In this document: positions 18,112 through 30,060 of the stretch, one piece after another
Layout: each line of letters opens with the position of its first letter
Numbering within the stretch: the first letter of the stretch is position 1
Source of the DNA: Corynebacterium glutamicum ATCC 13032
GTDB lineage: Bacteria; Actinomycetota; Actinomycetes; Mycobacteriales; Mycobacteriaceae
Length of the DNA: 32,000 nt
Reading direction: 5' to 3'
Assembly: GCF_000011325.1 (NCBI RefSeq)
Contig: NC_003450.3
Coordinates: forward strand, 1,440,001-1,472,000
Program-made: the position numbers and the translations under genes
Notes under the pieces: model-generated
What the model was told of the DNA's origin: nothing
What the model saw: only the letters and a program-made list of their open reading frames with translations
The model's database searches: none

Positions 18112-20619
18112 ATGTTGATTGCACAAAACTGGGTGACGGGACTGCTGGGCCACGCAAACGAAGGCTGGAAGGTGCCATCGTCTGATTTGGACTCAGGTTA
18201 TGTCCGCGTCGGCTTTGAAACCGAAGGCTACTGGCCAATCCCTGAAACCACCGGACCACTCGTTTTCGGCCGCGTGGAAACCATCGAAGAGCTCACCGAG
18301 TTCAAGAAGCCCATCCGCCACTGCCACGTCAATGTTGGCGACGCCAACGGAACCGGCGAACTGCAGTCCATCGTTTGTGGCGCCCGCAACTTCAAGGAAG
18401 GCGACACCGTTGTCGTGTCCCTTCCTGGCGCTGTGCTGCCTGGCGATTTCGCGATCTCTGCTCGTGAAACTTACGGACGCATGTCTGCAGGCATGATCTG
18501 TTCTGCCTCTGAGCTGGGTCTTGCTGATAAGCAGAACTCCGGCATCATCACCCTGGATCCTTCTTACGGCGAGCCTGGCGAAGACGCACGTCAAGCACTG
18601 GGACTTGAAGATACCGTTTTCGATGTCAACGTCACCCCAGACCGCGGTTACGCACTGTCTGCTCGTGGCCTGACCCGCGAACTGGCATCGGCTTTCAGCC
18701 TGACCTTCACCGACCCTGCGATCGAGCCAGCTGTAGCAGGCATTGAGGTCAAGGTCCCAGCAGTTGAAGGTTCCTTGATTAACGTGGAGCTGCGTGAAGA
18801 GACCAAGGCAATCCGTTTCGGTCTGCGTAAAGTCTCTGGCATTGATCCAGCAGCAGAATCCCCATTCTGGATGCAGCGTGAACTCATGCTCTCTGGTCAG
18901 CGACCAGTCAACGCCGCCACCGACGTCACCAACTACGTCATGTTGCTGCTCGGCCAGCCGATGCATGCTTTCGACGCAGCCAAGGTTACTGGCGATCTTG
19001 TTGTCCGCAACGCAACTGCAGGCGAGAAGTTCGAAACCCTCGATCACGTCAAGCGCACCCTCAATGAGGAAGACGTTGTGATCACCGATGACAACGGCAT
19101 TCAGTCTTTGGCTGGCGTTATGGGTGGTCTCACCTCCGAGATCTCTGACACCACCACCGATGTCTACTTCGAGGCCGCAACCTGGGACACCATCACCGTT
19201 GCGCGCACCTCACGTCGCCACAAGTTGAGCTCCGAAGCTTCTCGACGTTTCGAGCGTGGCGTTGACCCTGCGATCGTGGAAATCGCCCTCGATATCGCAG
19301 CAACCCTTCTCGTGGAGATCGCAGGCGGCACCGTCGATGCGGGTCGCACCCTCGTTGGTGATGTCCCTGCCATGCAACCCATCACCATGAAGGTCACTCG
19401 ACCTTCCGAGCTCGCAGGCGTGGATTATTCCGCAGAAACTGTGATCGCTCGTCTGGAAGAGGTCGGATGCACCGTCGCTGTTTCCGGCGACACCTTGGAA
19501 GTAACCCCTCCAACCTGGCGCGGTGACCTCACCATGTCCGCTGACCTCGTGGAAGAAGTACTCCGCCTCGAAGGTTTGGAAGCAATTCCAACCATCATCC
19601 CAACCGCACCAGCAGGCCGTGGACTAACCGATGCACAGAAGCGCCGCCGCGCCGTTGGCCACGCTTTGGCTTACGCTGGCTACGCCGAAATCATCCCAAG
19701 CCCATTCATGGACCCAGAGGTCTTCGATGTATGGGGACTCGCAGCAGACGACGAGCGCCGCAAGACCGTTTCCGTTCTCAACCCACTTGAGGCAGAACGC
19801 AACGTCCTGAGCACCTCCTTGCTGCCCTCCATGCTCGATGCTGTCAAGCGCAACGTTGCACGTGGACACAACGATTTCTCCCTGTTCGGCCTGCAGCAGG
19901 TCGCCTTCGAGCACGGATCCGGCGTTTCCCCAATGCCATCTGTTGCTTCACGCCCTGAAGAGTCTGTCGTGGCAGAACTGGTGGATTCACTGCCAAACCA
20001 GCCACTGCATGTCGCAACCGTGGGCACCGGCAACATCGAGTTCGAAGGCCCATGGGGCAAGGGCCGCGCCTACACCTTCGCCGACGCGATTGAATCCGCG
20101 CGCGCAGTCGCCCGCGCTGCTGGCGTCACCTTGGAGCTGGCCAACGCCGACGCGCTTCCTTGGCACCCAGGTCGTTGCGCCGCATTGCTTATCGACGGTA
20201 CCCCCGTCGGTTACGCTGGCGAACTTCACCCACAGATCCTGGAAAAGGCCGGTCTACCAGCACGCACCTGTGCAATGGAACTGGATCTCAGCGCACTGCC
20301 ACTGGTAGAAAACCTCCCAGCGCCAGTCCTGTCCTCCTTCCCAGCACTGCACCAAGACATCGCCCTAGTTGTGGATGAGACCATCCCGGCCGAAGATGTC
20401 CGCGCAGTTGTCGAAGCCGGCGCCGGCGAACTGATCGAAACGGTCGAGCTTTTCGACGTCTACCGCTCCGAACAGCTCGGCGAGAACAAGAAATCCCTCG
20501 CGTTCTCCCTGCGTTTCCGCGCAACCGACCGCACCCTCACCGATGAGGAAGCCAACGAAGCACGACTTCAGGCAGCAGAGCTAGCAAAGGAGAAATTCAA
20601 CGCTGAAATGCGTGGCTAG
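18112..20619 (+). CDS. pheT: Phenylalanine--tRNA ligase beta subunit
   Basis: 835-aa ORF. It has an N-terminal tRNA-binding (OB) domain (VFGRVETIEELTEFKKPIRHCHVNVGD...VCGARNF), B3/4 and B5 regions, and a C-terminal FDX-ACB-like domain (ALVVDETIPAEDVRAVVEAGAGELIETVELFDVYRSEQLGENKKSLAFSLRFRA). Confidence 0.97.
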   Translation: MLIAQNWVTGLLGHANEGWKVPSSDLDSGYVRVGFETEGYWPIPETTGPLVFGRVETIEELTEFKKPIRHCHVNVGDANGTGELQSIVCGARNFKEGDTVVVSLPGAVLPGDFAISARETYGRMSAGMICSASELGLADKQNSGIITLDPSYGEPGEDARQALGLEDTVFDVNVTPDRGYALSARGLTRELASAFSLTFTDPAIEPAVAGIEVKVPAVEGSLINVELREETKAIRFGLRKVSGIDPAAESPFWMQRELMLSGQRPVNAATDVTNYVMLLLGQPMHAFDAAKVTGDLVVRNATAGEKFETLDHVKRTLNEEDVVITDDNGIQSLAGVMGGLTSEISDTTTDVYFEAATWDTITVARTSRRHKLSSEASRRFERGVDPAIVEIALDIAATLLVEIAGGTVDAGRTLVGDVPAMQPITMKVTRPSELAGVDYSAETVIARLEEVGCTVAVSGDTLEVTPPTWRGDLTMSADLVEEVLRLEGLEAIPTIIPTAPAGRGLTDAQKRRRAVGHALAYAGYAEIIPSPFMDPEVFDVWGLAADDERRKTVSVLNPLEAERNVLSTSLLPSMLDAVKRNVARGHNDFSLFGLQQVAFEHGSGVSPMPSVASRPEESVVAELVDSLPNQPLHVATVGTGNIEFEGPWGKGRAYTFADAIESARAVARAAGVTLELANADALPWHPGRCAALLIDGTPVGYAGELHPQILEKAGLPARTCAMELDLSALPLVENLPAPVLSSFPALHQDIALVVDETIPAEDVRAVVEAGAGELIETVELFDVYRSEQLGENKKSLAFSLRFRATDRTLTDEEANEARLQAAELAKEKFNAEMRG

Positions 20620-20638
20620 TTTCACATAGGTTCTATAG

Positions 20639-20674
20639 GCGCCCTGGTGGTTAATCCCACCGGGGCGTCTTTTG
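20639..20674 (+). terminator. Intrinsic terminator after pheT
   Basis: Stem gcgccctggtgg (20639-20650) / ccaccggggcgt (20657-20668), ~11-12 bp with G-U pairs, loop ttaatc, then CTTTTG. It starts 20 nt after the pheT stop. Confidence 0.75.
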
Positions 20675-20695
20675 CTGTGCTGTGAACTGCGACAC

Positions 20696-20806
20696 CGACT
20701 TCACGTGGTCGACTTCAGTGTGATTTTCCGGCTTTTCCTCGTGAAGTCGTGCGGTGAGAAGTTGAGTACGTGAAGTCGTGGGATGTGAAGTCGCCCCTTA
20801 AGTTCG
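20696..20806. repeat. Cluster of GTGAAGTCG 9-mer repeats: two inverted copies plus a phased direct array
   Basis: Inverted copies: CGACTTCACG 20696-20705 and CGACTTCAGT 20710-20719. Direct copies: CGTGAAGTCGTG 20740-20751, degenerate GTGAGAAGTTG ~20754-20764, CGTGAAGTCGTG 20769-20780, TGTGAAGTCGCC 20784-20795, and degenerate TTAAGTTCG 20798-20806. Unit spacing is 14-15 bp. No ORF is supported here. Confidence 0.8.
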
Positions 20807-20816
20807 ATACCTTGCG

Positions 20817-20858
20817 CTCAATTTTGCATACTCAATTTCTTAAGGGCAATTTCAATAG
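20817..20858. repeat. Three phased (CT)CAATTT repeats at a 14-bp period
   Basis: CAATTT occurs at 20819-20824, 20833-20838 and 20847-20852, exactly 14 bp apart, in an AT-rich stretch immediately after the GTGAAGTCG array. Confidence 0.65.
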
Positions 20859-21007
20859 GTTCTTGATGATTTTCCTAGCAGTATTGTAGGTAAGAAATCG
20901 CCCCCGAGAACCCGCTGATGTGAAATTGCTGCCGTGAAATCGAAGTTTCGGGTTGTGGCGGTGGGGGAGCTGAGGAAACAGTTAGTTTTTGCTTAAACAC
21001 CCAAAAT

Positions 21008-21027
21008 ACAGTAACTGGTGTTACTGT
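21008..21027. promoter_or_regulatory. Perfect 8-4-8 palindrome, candidate operator upstream of the SGNH/AT3 operon
   Basis: ACAGTAAC-tggt-GTTACTGT lies about 130 nt upstream of the ATG at 21157. A second inverted repeat, CTGTTATT (21079-21086) / AATAACAG (21100-21107), shares the ACAG/CTGT core. Confidence 0.45.
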
Positions 21028-21156
21028 TGTGACTGAAGTTAATTGATTGGCAGGCAAATGCATTGAAATCGTGATCGCCTGTTATTGTTTTGTACGTCGA
21101 ATAACAGTCCCACAACAGTTCCCCAAAAGGTGCGAGCGGGAAAAGGAGAAGCAAAC

Positions 21157-22131
21157 ATGGCTCAGCGAAAACTGGCCTCTGTGATCGGTGCAGCATTGGC
21201 AGCATCTGCTGTACTGGTTGGATTAATGACACCCGCAACAGCACAAAGTAGTGGCAGCTCATCAACAGACATCACTCGAGCACTCACCTCAAGTGGTGGT
21301 GTGGCTGATAGCCGTGCTCCTGAAGGTGGCGCAAAGGTCGTTGTTTTCGGTGACTCCCACACCTCTGGCACCAATGCTCCATTCCGTACCGATGAGCGTG
21401 GCTGCCTCAAGGGTGCAAACAACTGGGCAGATCAGCTGCAGTCTCAGCTGGGACTTGGCGCGGGAGACCTCATTGATGTCTCCTGCTCCGGTGCATCGAT
21501 CAACTCTGATGGATTCCACTTCTCTGATGAAGTCCGCCATGCTGAAGCTCGTGGCGCAATCGGCCCAAACACCACCGATATTTTTGTTCAGTTGGGCAAG
21601 AATGATCAGTGGGGCCTTTCCAATGTGAACCTTCTGCAGTCTGTTCAGACCTGCTTGACTGATGTGTTCGCTGGTTGTGGCGATGCTGCGGTTGCTGCTG
21701 GCAAGATGCAGGATCCAAATGCAGTTACTGCTGAAAACTATGCAGAGCGCATGAAGCCAGTCATTGACTACTTGAAGTACTACGCACCAAACGCAGAGAT
21801 CACCTTGGTTGGTTACCAGGAATACACCGCTCGCAGCGGAAGTCAGGTATGTGTTCGCCTTGGTGGAACCCCACTGGTGAAAAATGATGCACCTGCGCTG
21901 GTTTCGTTCATGAACAAGTTGGACATGGCGATTGATGGTGCTGCTGGAATCCTCGGCGTCAGCCACGTTGATCTGCGTAGCGCGACTGAAGGGCACGACA
22001 GCTGCTCCAACGATCCTTGGGTCAACGGTGTCTTTGATGCACGTGCAGAAATCGTCGGCGGTCCGTGGCACCCATCTGTTAAGGGAGACTCGGTTACTGC
22101 AGGGATCCTGCGAGATCGAGTAAACGCCTAA
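21157..22131 (+). CDS. Secreted SGNH/GDSL hydrolase, SEST-like (lipase/esterase/acyl-esterase)
   Basis: The ORF track starts at 21085, but the ATG at 21157 has AAAAGGAGAAG 6 nt upstream and gives a signal peptide, MAQRKLASVIGAALAASAVLVGLMTPATAQS. Block I VVVFGDSHTSG, paired Cys pattern ERGCLKG...DVSCSGAS, block III QLGKNDQW, and a C-terminal GGPWHPSVKG (His block) are present. Confidence 0.85.
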   Translation: MAQRKLASVIGAALAASAVLVGLMTPATAQSSGSSSTDITRALTSSGGVADSRAPEGGAKVVVFGDSHTSGTNAPFRTDERGCLKGANNWADQLQSQLGLGAGDLIDVSCSGASINSDGFHFSDEVRHAEARGAIGPNTTDIFVQLGKNDQWGLSNVNLLQSVQTCLTDVFAGCGDAAVAAGKMQDPNAVTAENYAERMKPVIDYLKYYAPNAEITLVGYQEYTARSGSQVCVRLGGTPLVKNDAPALVSFMNKLDMAIDGAAGILGVSHVDLRSATEGHDSCSNDPWVNGVFDARAEIVGGPWHPSVKGDSVTAGILRDRVNA

Positions 22132-22133
22132 AG

Positions 22134-23519
22134 ATGACGTCGAAAAGCATTAGCGGCAAGCGCCCGAATCTGCCGTCGCTCACTGGAGCGCGGTGGCTCG
22201 CGGCGCTCGCTGTTTATTTTTTGCATGCGTTGGTGTTTTTGTCGGTGTATCCGTTCCAGCAGTCGGAACTGTTTGCCACAATCCATAAATTTGTCCCCAT
22301 GCAGCTGGGTTCAGCTGGTGTAACCTTCTTCTTTATCTTGTCCGGATTTTTGATCTATTGGTCAAATAGCCAGCTCAAGGGCATGAAGAATGTGCTGTAT
22401 TACTGCAAGCGCCGCATCACCAAGATTTATCCCATGCACTTGATTGCGTTGGCGATGTTTATTGTGGCGTCGGCGAAGTTCACGACTACAGGCATTACCT
22501 GGGTGCTGGATTTTGCGCGAGTAGAGCTGTGGCTGCCGAATGCGCTGCTCATCCACACGTGGAATCCTGATTGGGTGACGCTGGGTGGATTGAATGTACC
22601 ATCGTGGTCGCTGGGCGCGGAAATGCTGTTCTACCTGACGTTCCCGCTGTTTATTCCGTTAGTGCGCAAAGTGAAGGGCGTGGGCAACTGGTGGGCATTT
22701 GGCATCACCTTTGCCGTGAGCCTGGCGCTGATTACAGTGATTCACTTTTATGCGGACGGACCAAAGGGGATTGAGAACTTCTTTGTTCCTCGCCTGTGGG
22801 ACACCAATGTGTCACCGGTCGCGGAAGTTCACGCCGATCCAGTGTGGTTTATGCAGGAAGAAATTCCCGTGCTGGAATCTTACTGGCTGTCTTACTACTT
22901 CCCGCTGACCAGACTCATCGAGTTCTACCTCGGTGTGTTTGGCGCGAAGCTGGTTGCTGAAGGCATGTTTAAAAACACCAACATCACCATCCCGCTGATC
23001 GCACTGGCTGTTTCTTTTGTTGCTACTTGGTTTGTGCCACTGGCATTCAAGATGTCTGTCATCATGTCCCTGCCAATGGCTTTTGTTGTGGCAACGCTTG
23101 CGGTGAGAGACATTGAAGGCAAGAGTGGGGAAATCGCCTCGCCTCGCGCAGTTTTGTTGGGTAATATTTCCTTTGCCTTCTACATGGTGCAATTCCCCGT
23201 CATGGTGTTTGTGCAGCGCTATTTCATTGCTGGCAAAGAATACGGCTTCCTTGGCTGGGCATTCTATGCAGTGGTGTGTTTCATCGTGTCGGTCATTCTC
23301 GCGTGGGTGCTGTTTACCTTCGTTGATGATCCTTTGATGAAGGCCACGGCGCGCAAGAAGGGGAGTAGGCGCTTGAAGCAGTCCAATATTTTGGTCCGTG
23401 ACCTGAAAGTTCTCTTCGGCAAAAGCCCCGAAAAGCCGTTAAAAGTTGAGACTCGCGCTGAGAATCTCACAGAAAACTCCGAAGCTCCCGCTAAGGTAGC
23501 TACCGGAATCAAATCTTAG
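22134..23519 (+). CDS. Acyltransferase family 3 (AT3, OafA/YrhL-like) integral membrane protein
   Basis: 461-aa ORF whose ATG lies 2 nt after the SGNH stop. The N-terminal LPSLTGARWLAALAVYFLHA is characteristic of AT3, with about 10 hydrophobic helices. WSLGAEMLFYLTFPL matches the conserved W-S-L-x-x-E-x-x-F-Y motif. The C-terminal tail is hydrophilic. Confidence 0.88.
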   Translation: MTSKSISGKRPNLPSLTGARWLAALAVYFLHALVFLSVYPFQQSELFATIHKFVPMQLGSAGVTFFFILSGFLIYWSNSQLKGMKNVLYYCKRRITKIYPMHLIALAMFIVASAKFTTTGITWVLDFARVELWLPNALLIHTWNPDWVTLGGLNVPSWSLGAEMLFYLTFPLFIPLVRKVKGVGNWWAFGITFAVSLALITVIHFYADGPKGIENFFVPRLWDTNVSPVAEVHADPVWFMQEEIPVLESYWLSYYFPLTRLIEFYLGVFGAKLVAEGMFKNTNITIPLIALAVSFVATWFVPLAFKMSVIMSLPMAFVVATLAVRDIEGKSGEIASPRAVLLGNISFAFYMVQFPVMVFVQRYFIAGKEYGFLGWAFYAVVCFIVSVILAWVLFTFVDDPLMKATARKKGSRRLKQSNILVRDLKVLFGKSPEKPLKVETRAENLTENSEAPAKVATGIKS

Positions 23520-23532
23520 GGAAGGAAAACAT

Positions 23533-23937
23533 ATGGCTATTTACCGTAAGCTTGCGGCTTCCGCTGCAGCACTGGCCCTGTCCGCATCACTGGTCGCTTG
23601 TGGCGACTCTGAGGACACCACCGAAGAAACCTCAACCACCTCTTCTTCGACCACTTCCAGCTCCTCCAGCAGCTCTAGCTCCAGCACCGCGGCTACTTCC
23701 GAGGAATCTTCCGCAGTTGAAGAGCCAGCAGTGGAAGCTCCTGTGGAAGAGGCTCCAGTCGAGGCACCTGTTGAGCAGGCACCTGTCGTGGAGCAAGCTC
23801 CAGTTGAGCAGGCTCCGGCACCGGTTCAGGAAGCACCTGCACCAGTCGAGCAGGCTCCAGCTCCAGTTCAGGAAGCACCTGCAGCTGACGCGCCACCTGC
23901 ACTTCCAGGTGGTGGCGGCGGACACGCTGGCTACTAA
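23533..23937 (+). CDS. Low-complexity Ser-rich / (E/Q)APV-repeat lipoprotein
   Basis: 134-aa ORF with GGGAAGGA upstream, 13 nt after the AT3 stop. The signal peptide has a lipobox: MAIYRKLAASAAALALSASLVAC. The mature part is TSTTSSSTTSSSSSSSSSST, then VEEPAVEAPVEEAPVEAPVEQAPVVEQAPVEQAPAPVQEAPAPVEQAPAPVQEAPAA, then PGGGGGHAGY. Coding status rests on the signal peptide, the RBS and operon context. Confidence 0.7.
   Translation: MAIYRKLAASAAALALSASLVACGDSEDTTEETSTTSSSTTSSSSSSSSSSTAATSEESSAVEEPAVEAPVEEAPVEAPVEQAPVVEQAPVEQAPAPVQEAPAPVEQAPAPVQEAPAADAPPALPGGGGGHAGY
23713..23886 (+). repeat. In-frame degenerate tandem repeats encoding (E/Q)APV units, including a 42-bp duplication
   Basis: cc(g/a)gttcaggaagcacctgca occurs at 23821-23841 and 23863-23883 (period 42 bp = 14 aa, APAPVQEAPAPVEQ). 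Shorter gag(c/g)aggc(t/a)cc(a/t)gt units lie upstream. Confidence 0.75.
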
Positions 23938-23952
23938 AAATTCATGCTTTTA

Positions 23953-23986
23953 CCCACTTGCAGTTTTAGCTGTAGGTGGGTTTTTG
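23953..23986 (+). terminator. Intrinsic terminator after the lipoprotein gene
   Basis: 11-bp stem cccacttgcag (23953-23963) / ctgtaggtggg (23970-23980) with two G-U pairs, loop ttttag, followed by TTTTTG. Confidence 0.75.
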
Positions 23987-24019
23987 CATGTCTAACCCGT
24001 CTTTTATGCACACCCCCGC

Positions 24020-25126
<1,107 letters not shown>

Positions 25127-25209
25127 AGTAGCGCCTTAAAGCGGCGCTTCAAACCAAGCGCCCTAACCAGCAAACACAACAAACACATCTAATTCAGTAG
25201 GAGTTCCAC

Positions 25210-26376
25210 ATGGCAGAAAAAGGCATTACCGCGCCGAAAGGCTTCGTTGCTTCTGCAACGACCGCGGGTATTAAAGCTTCTGGCAATCCTGACATGGCGT
25301 TGGTGGTTAACCAGGGTCCAGAGTTTTCCGCAGCGGCCGTGTTTACACGTAACCGAGTTTTCGCAGCGCCTGTGAAGGTGAGCCGAGAGAACGTTGCTGA
25401 TGGCCAGATCAGGGCTGTTTTGTACAACGCTGGTAATGCTAATGCGTGTAATGGTCTGCAGGGTGAGAAGGATGCTCGTGAGTCTGTTTCTCATCTAGCT
25501 CAAAATTTGGGCTTGGAGGATTCCGATATTGGTGTGTGTTCCACTGGTCTTATTGGTGAGTTGCTTCCGATGGATAAGCTCAATGCAGGTATTGATCAGC
25601 TGACCGCTGAGGGCGCTTTGGGTGACAATGGTGCAGCTGCTGCCAAGGCGATCATGACCACTGACACGGTGGATAAGGAAACCGTCGTGTTTGCTGATGG
25701 TTGGACTGTCGGCGGAATGGGCAAGGGCGTGGGCATGATGGCGCCGTCTCTTGCCACCATGCTGGTCTGCTTGACCACTGATGCATCCGTTACTCAGGAA
25801 ATGGCTCAGATCGCGCTGGCTAATGCTACGGCCGTTACGTTTGACACCCTGGATATTGATGGATCAACCTCCACCAATGACACCGTGTTCCTGCTGGCAT
25901 CTGGCGCTAGCGGAATCACCCCAACTCAGGATGAACTCAACGATGCGGTGTACGCAGCTTGTTCTGATATCGCAGCGAAGCTTCAGGCTGATGCAGAGGG
26001 TGTGACCAAGCGCGTTGCTGTGACAGTGGTGGGAACCACCAACAACGAGCAGGCGATTAATGCGGCTCGCACTGTTGCTCGTGACAATTTGTTCAAGTGC
26101 GCAATGTTTGGATCTGATCCAAACTGGGGTCGCGTGTTGGCTGCAGTCGGCATGGCTGATGCTGATATGGAACCAGAGAAGATTTCTGTGTTCTTCAATG
26201 GTCAAGCAGTATGCCTTGATTCCACTGGCGCTCCTGGTGCTCGTGAGGTGGATCTTTCCGGCGCTGACATTGATGTCCGAATTGATTTGGGCACCAGTGG
26301 GGAAGGCCAGGCAACAGTTCGAACCACTGACCTGAGCTTCTCCTACGTGGAGATCAACTCCGCGTACAGCTCTTAA
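25210..26376 (+). CDS. argJ: Ornithine acetyltransferase (glutamate N-acetyltransferase) ArgJ
   Basis: 388-aa ORF with AGGAG 7 nt upstream. It has the N-terminal GITAPKGF, the self-cleavage motif [14 protein letters not shown] (ATML), and a C-terminal [10 protein letters not shown] typical of ArgJ. Confidence 0.96.
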   Translation: MAEKGITAPKGFVASATTAGIKASGNPDMALVVNQGPEFSAAAVFTRNRVFAAPVKVSRENVADGQIRAVLYNAGNANACNGLQGEKDARESVSHLAQNLGLEDSDIGVCSTGLIGELLPMDKLNAGIDQLTAEGALGDNGAAAAKAIMTTDTVDKETVVFADGWTVGGMGKGVGMMAPSLATMLVCLTTDASVTQEMAQIALANATAVTFDTLDIDGSTSTNDTVFLLASGASGITPTQDELNDAVYAACSDIAAKLQADAEGVTKRVAVTVVGTTNNEQAINAARTVARDNLFKCAMFGSDPNWGRVLAAVGMADADMEPEKISVFFNGQAVCLDSTGAPGAREVDLSGADIDVRIDLGTSGEGQATVRTTDLSFSYVEINSAYSS

Positions 26377-26421
26377 AAAGAAACAGCACTCCAACTAACA
26401 AGCAGGGAAAAGGGCACAGGC

Positions 26422-27375
26422 ATGAATGACTTGATCAAAGATTTAGGCTCTGAGGTGCGCGCAAATGTCCTCGCTGAGGCGTTGCCATGGTTGCAGCACT
26501 TCCGCGACAAGATTGTTGTCGTGAAATATGGCGGAAACGCCATGGTGGATGATGATCTCAAGGCTGCTTTTGCTGCCGACATGGTCTTCTTGCGCACCGT
26601 GGGCGCAAAACCAGTGGTGGTGCACGGTGGTGGACCTCAGATTTCTGAGATGCTAAACCGTGTGGGTCTCCAGGGCGAGTTCAAGGGTGGTTTCCGTGTG
26701 ACCACTCCTGAGGTCATGGACATTGTGCGCATGGTGCTCTTTGGTCAGGTCGGTCGCGATTTAGTTGGTTTGATCAACTCTCATGGCCCTTACGCTGTGG
26801 GAACCTCCGGTGAGGATGCCGGCCTGTTTACCGCGCAGAAGCGCATGGTCAACATCGATGGCGTACCCACTGATATTGGTTTGGTCGGAGACATCATTAA
26901 TGTCGATGCCTCTTCCTTGATGGATATCATCGAGGCCGGTCGCATTCCTGTGGTCTCTACGATTGCTCCAGGCGAAGACGGCCAGATTTACAACATTAAC
27001 GCCGATACCGCAGCAGGTGCTTTGGCTGCAGCGATTGGTGCAGAACGCCTGCTGGTTCTCACCAATGTGGAAGGTCTGTACACCGATTGGCCTGATAAGA
27101 GCTCACTGGTGTCCAAGATCAAGGCCACCGAGCTGGAGGCCATTCTTCCGGGACTTGATTCCGGCATGATTCCAAAGATGGAGTCTTGCTTGAACGCGGT
27201 GCGTGGGGGAGTAAGCGCTGCTCATGTCATTGACGGCCGCATCGCGCACTCGGTGTTGCTGGAGCTTTTGACCATGGGTGGAATTGGCACGATGGTGCTG
27301 CCGGATGTTTTTGATCGGGAGAATTATCCTGAAGGCACCGTTTTTAGAAAAGACGACAAGGATGGGGAACTGTAA
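26422..27375 (+). CDS. argB: Acetylglutamate kinase
   Basis: 317-aa ORF. Amino-acid kinase motifs are present: [34 protein letters not shown]. Confidence 0.96.
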
Positions 27376-29524
<2,149 letters not shown>

Positions 29525-29527
29525 GAC

Positions 29528-30043
29528 ATGTCCCTTGGCTCAACCCCGTCAACACCGGAAAACTTAAATCCCGTGACTCGCACTGCACGCCAAGCTCTCA
29601 TTTTGCAGATTTTGGACAAACAAAAAGTCACCAGCCAGGTACAACTGTCTGAATTGCTGCTGGATGAAGGCATCGATATCACCCAGGCCACCTTGTCCCG
29701 AGATCTCGATGAACTCGGTGCACGCAAGGTTCGCCCCGATGGGGGACGCGCCTACTACGCGGTCGGCCCAGTAGATAGCATCGCCCGCGAAGATCTCCGG
29801 GGTCCGTCGGAGAAGCTGCGCCGCATGCTTGATGAACTGCTGGTTTCTACAGATCATTCCGGCAACATCGCGATGCTGCGCACCCCGCCGGGAGCTGCCC
29901 AGTACCTGGCAAGTTTCATCGATAGGGTGGGGCTGAAAGAAGTCGTTGGCACCATCGCTGGTGATGACACCGTTTTCGTTCTCGCCCGTGATCCGCTCAC
30001 AGGTAAAGAACTAGGTGAATTACTCAGCGGGCGCACCACTTAA
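29528..30043 (+). CDS. argR: Arginine repressor
   Basis: 171-aa ORF starting 3 nt after the argF stop. It has an N-terminal winged-helix region ([44 protein letters not shown]) and a C-terminal oligomerisation/arginine-binding domain with [11 protein letters not shown]. Confidence 0.95.
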
Positions 30044-30060
30044 AGCGCCCCTAGTTCAAG

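Noticed and set aside
20898-20955. C-rich/G-rich long-range pairing (CCCCC...AACCCG with CGGGTT...GGGGG), considered as a small RNA similar to C-rich-loop actinobacterial sRNAs.
   Set aside because: There are only 5 + 6 bp, separated by a strongly asymmetric internal loop. There is no terminator and no promoter that I can support.
20875-21265. Small minus-strand ORFs (62 aa and 90 aa) in the pheT-SGNH spacer.
   Set aside because: They have no RBS and odd composition, and they overlap the repeats, the palindromes and the start of the SGNH gene. They are most likely non-coding.
23552-23995. Alternative-frame and antisense ORFs (23552..23995 +, 23632..23925 -, 23693..23902 -) over the lipoprotein gene.
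   Set aside because: They are by-products of the GC-rich in-frame repeats. Only the 23533 frame has an RBS, a signal peptide with a lipobox, and operon spacing.
25127-25209. GCGCC-containing direct repeats (gcgccttaaag / gcgcttcaaac / gcgccctaacc) and a 6-bp AGCGCC/GGCGCT stem between argC and argJ, considered as an internal terminator.
   Set aside because: There is no U-tract and the stem is short. The arg genes are expected to be co-transcribed. This is too weak to call.
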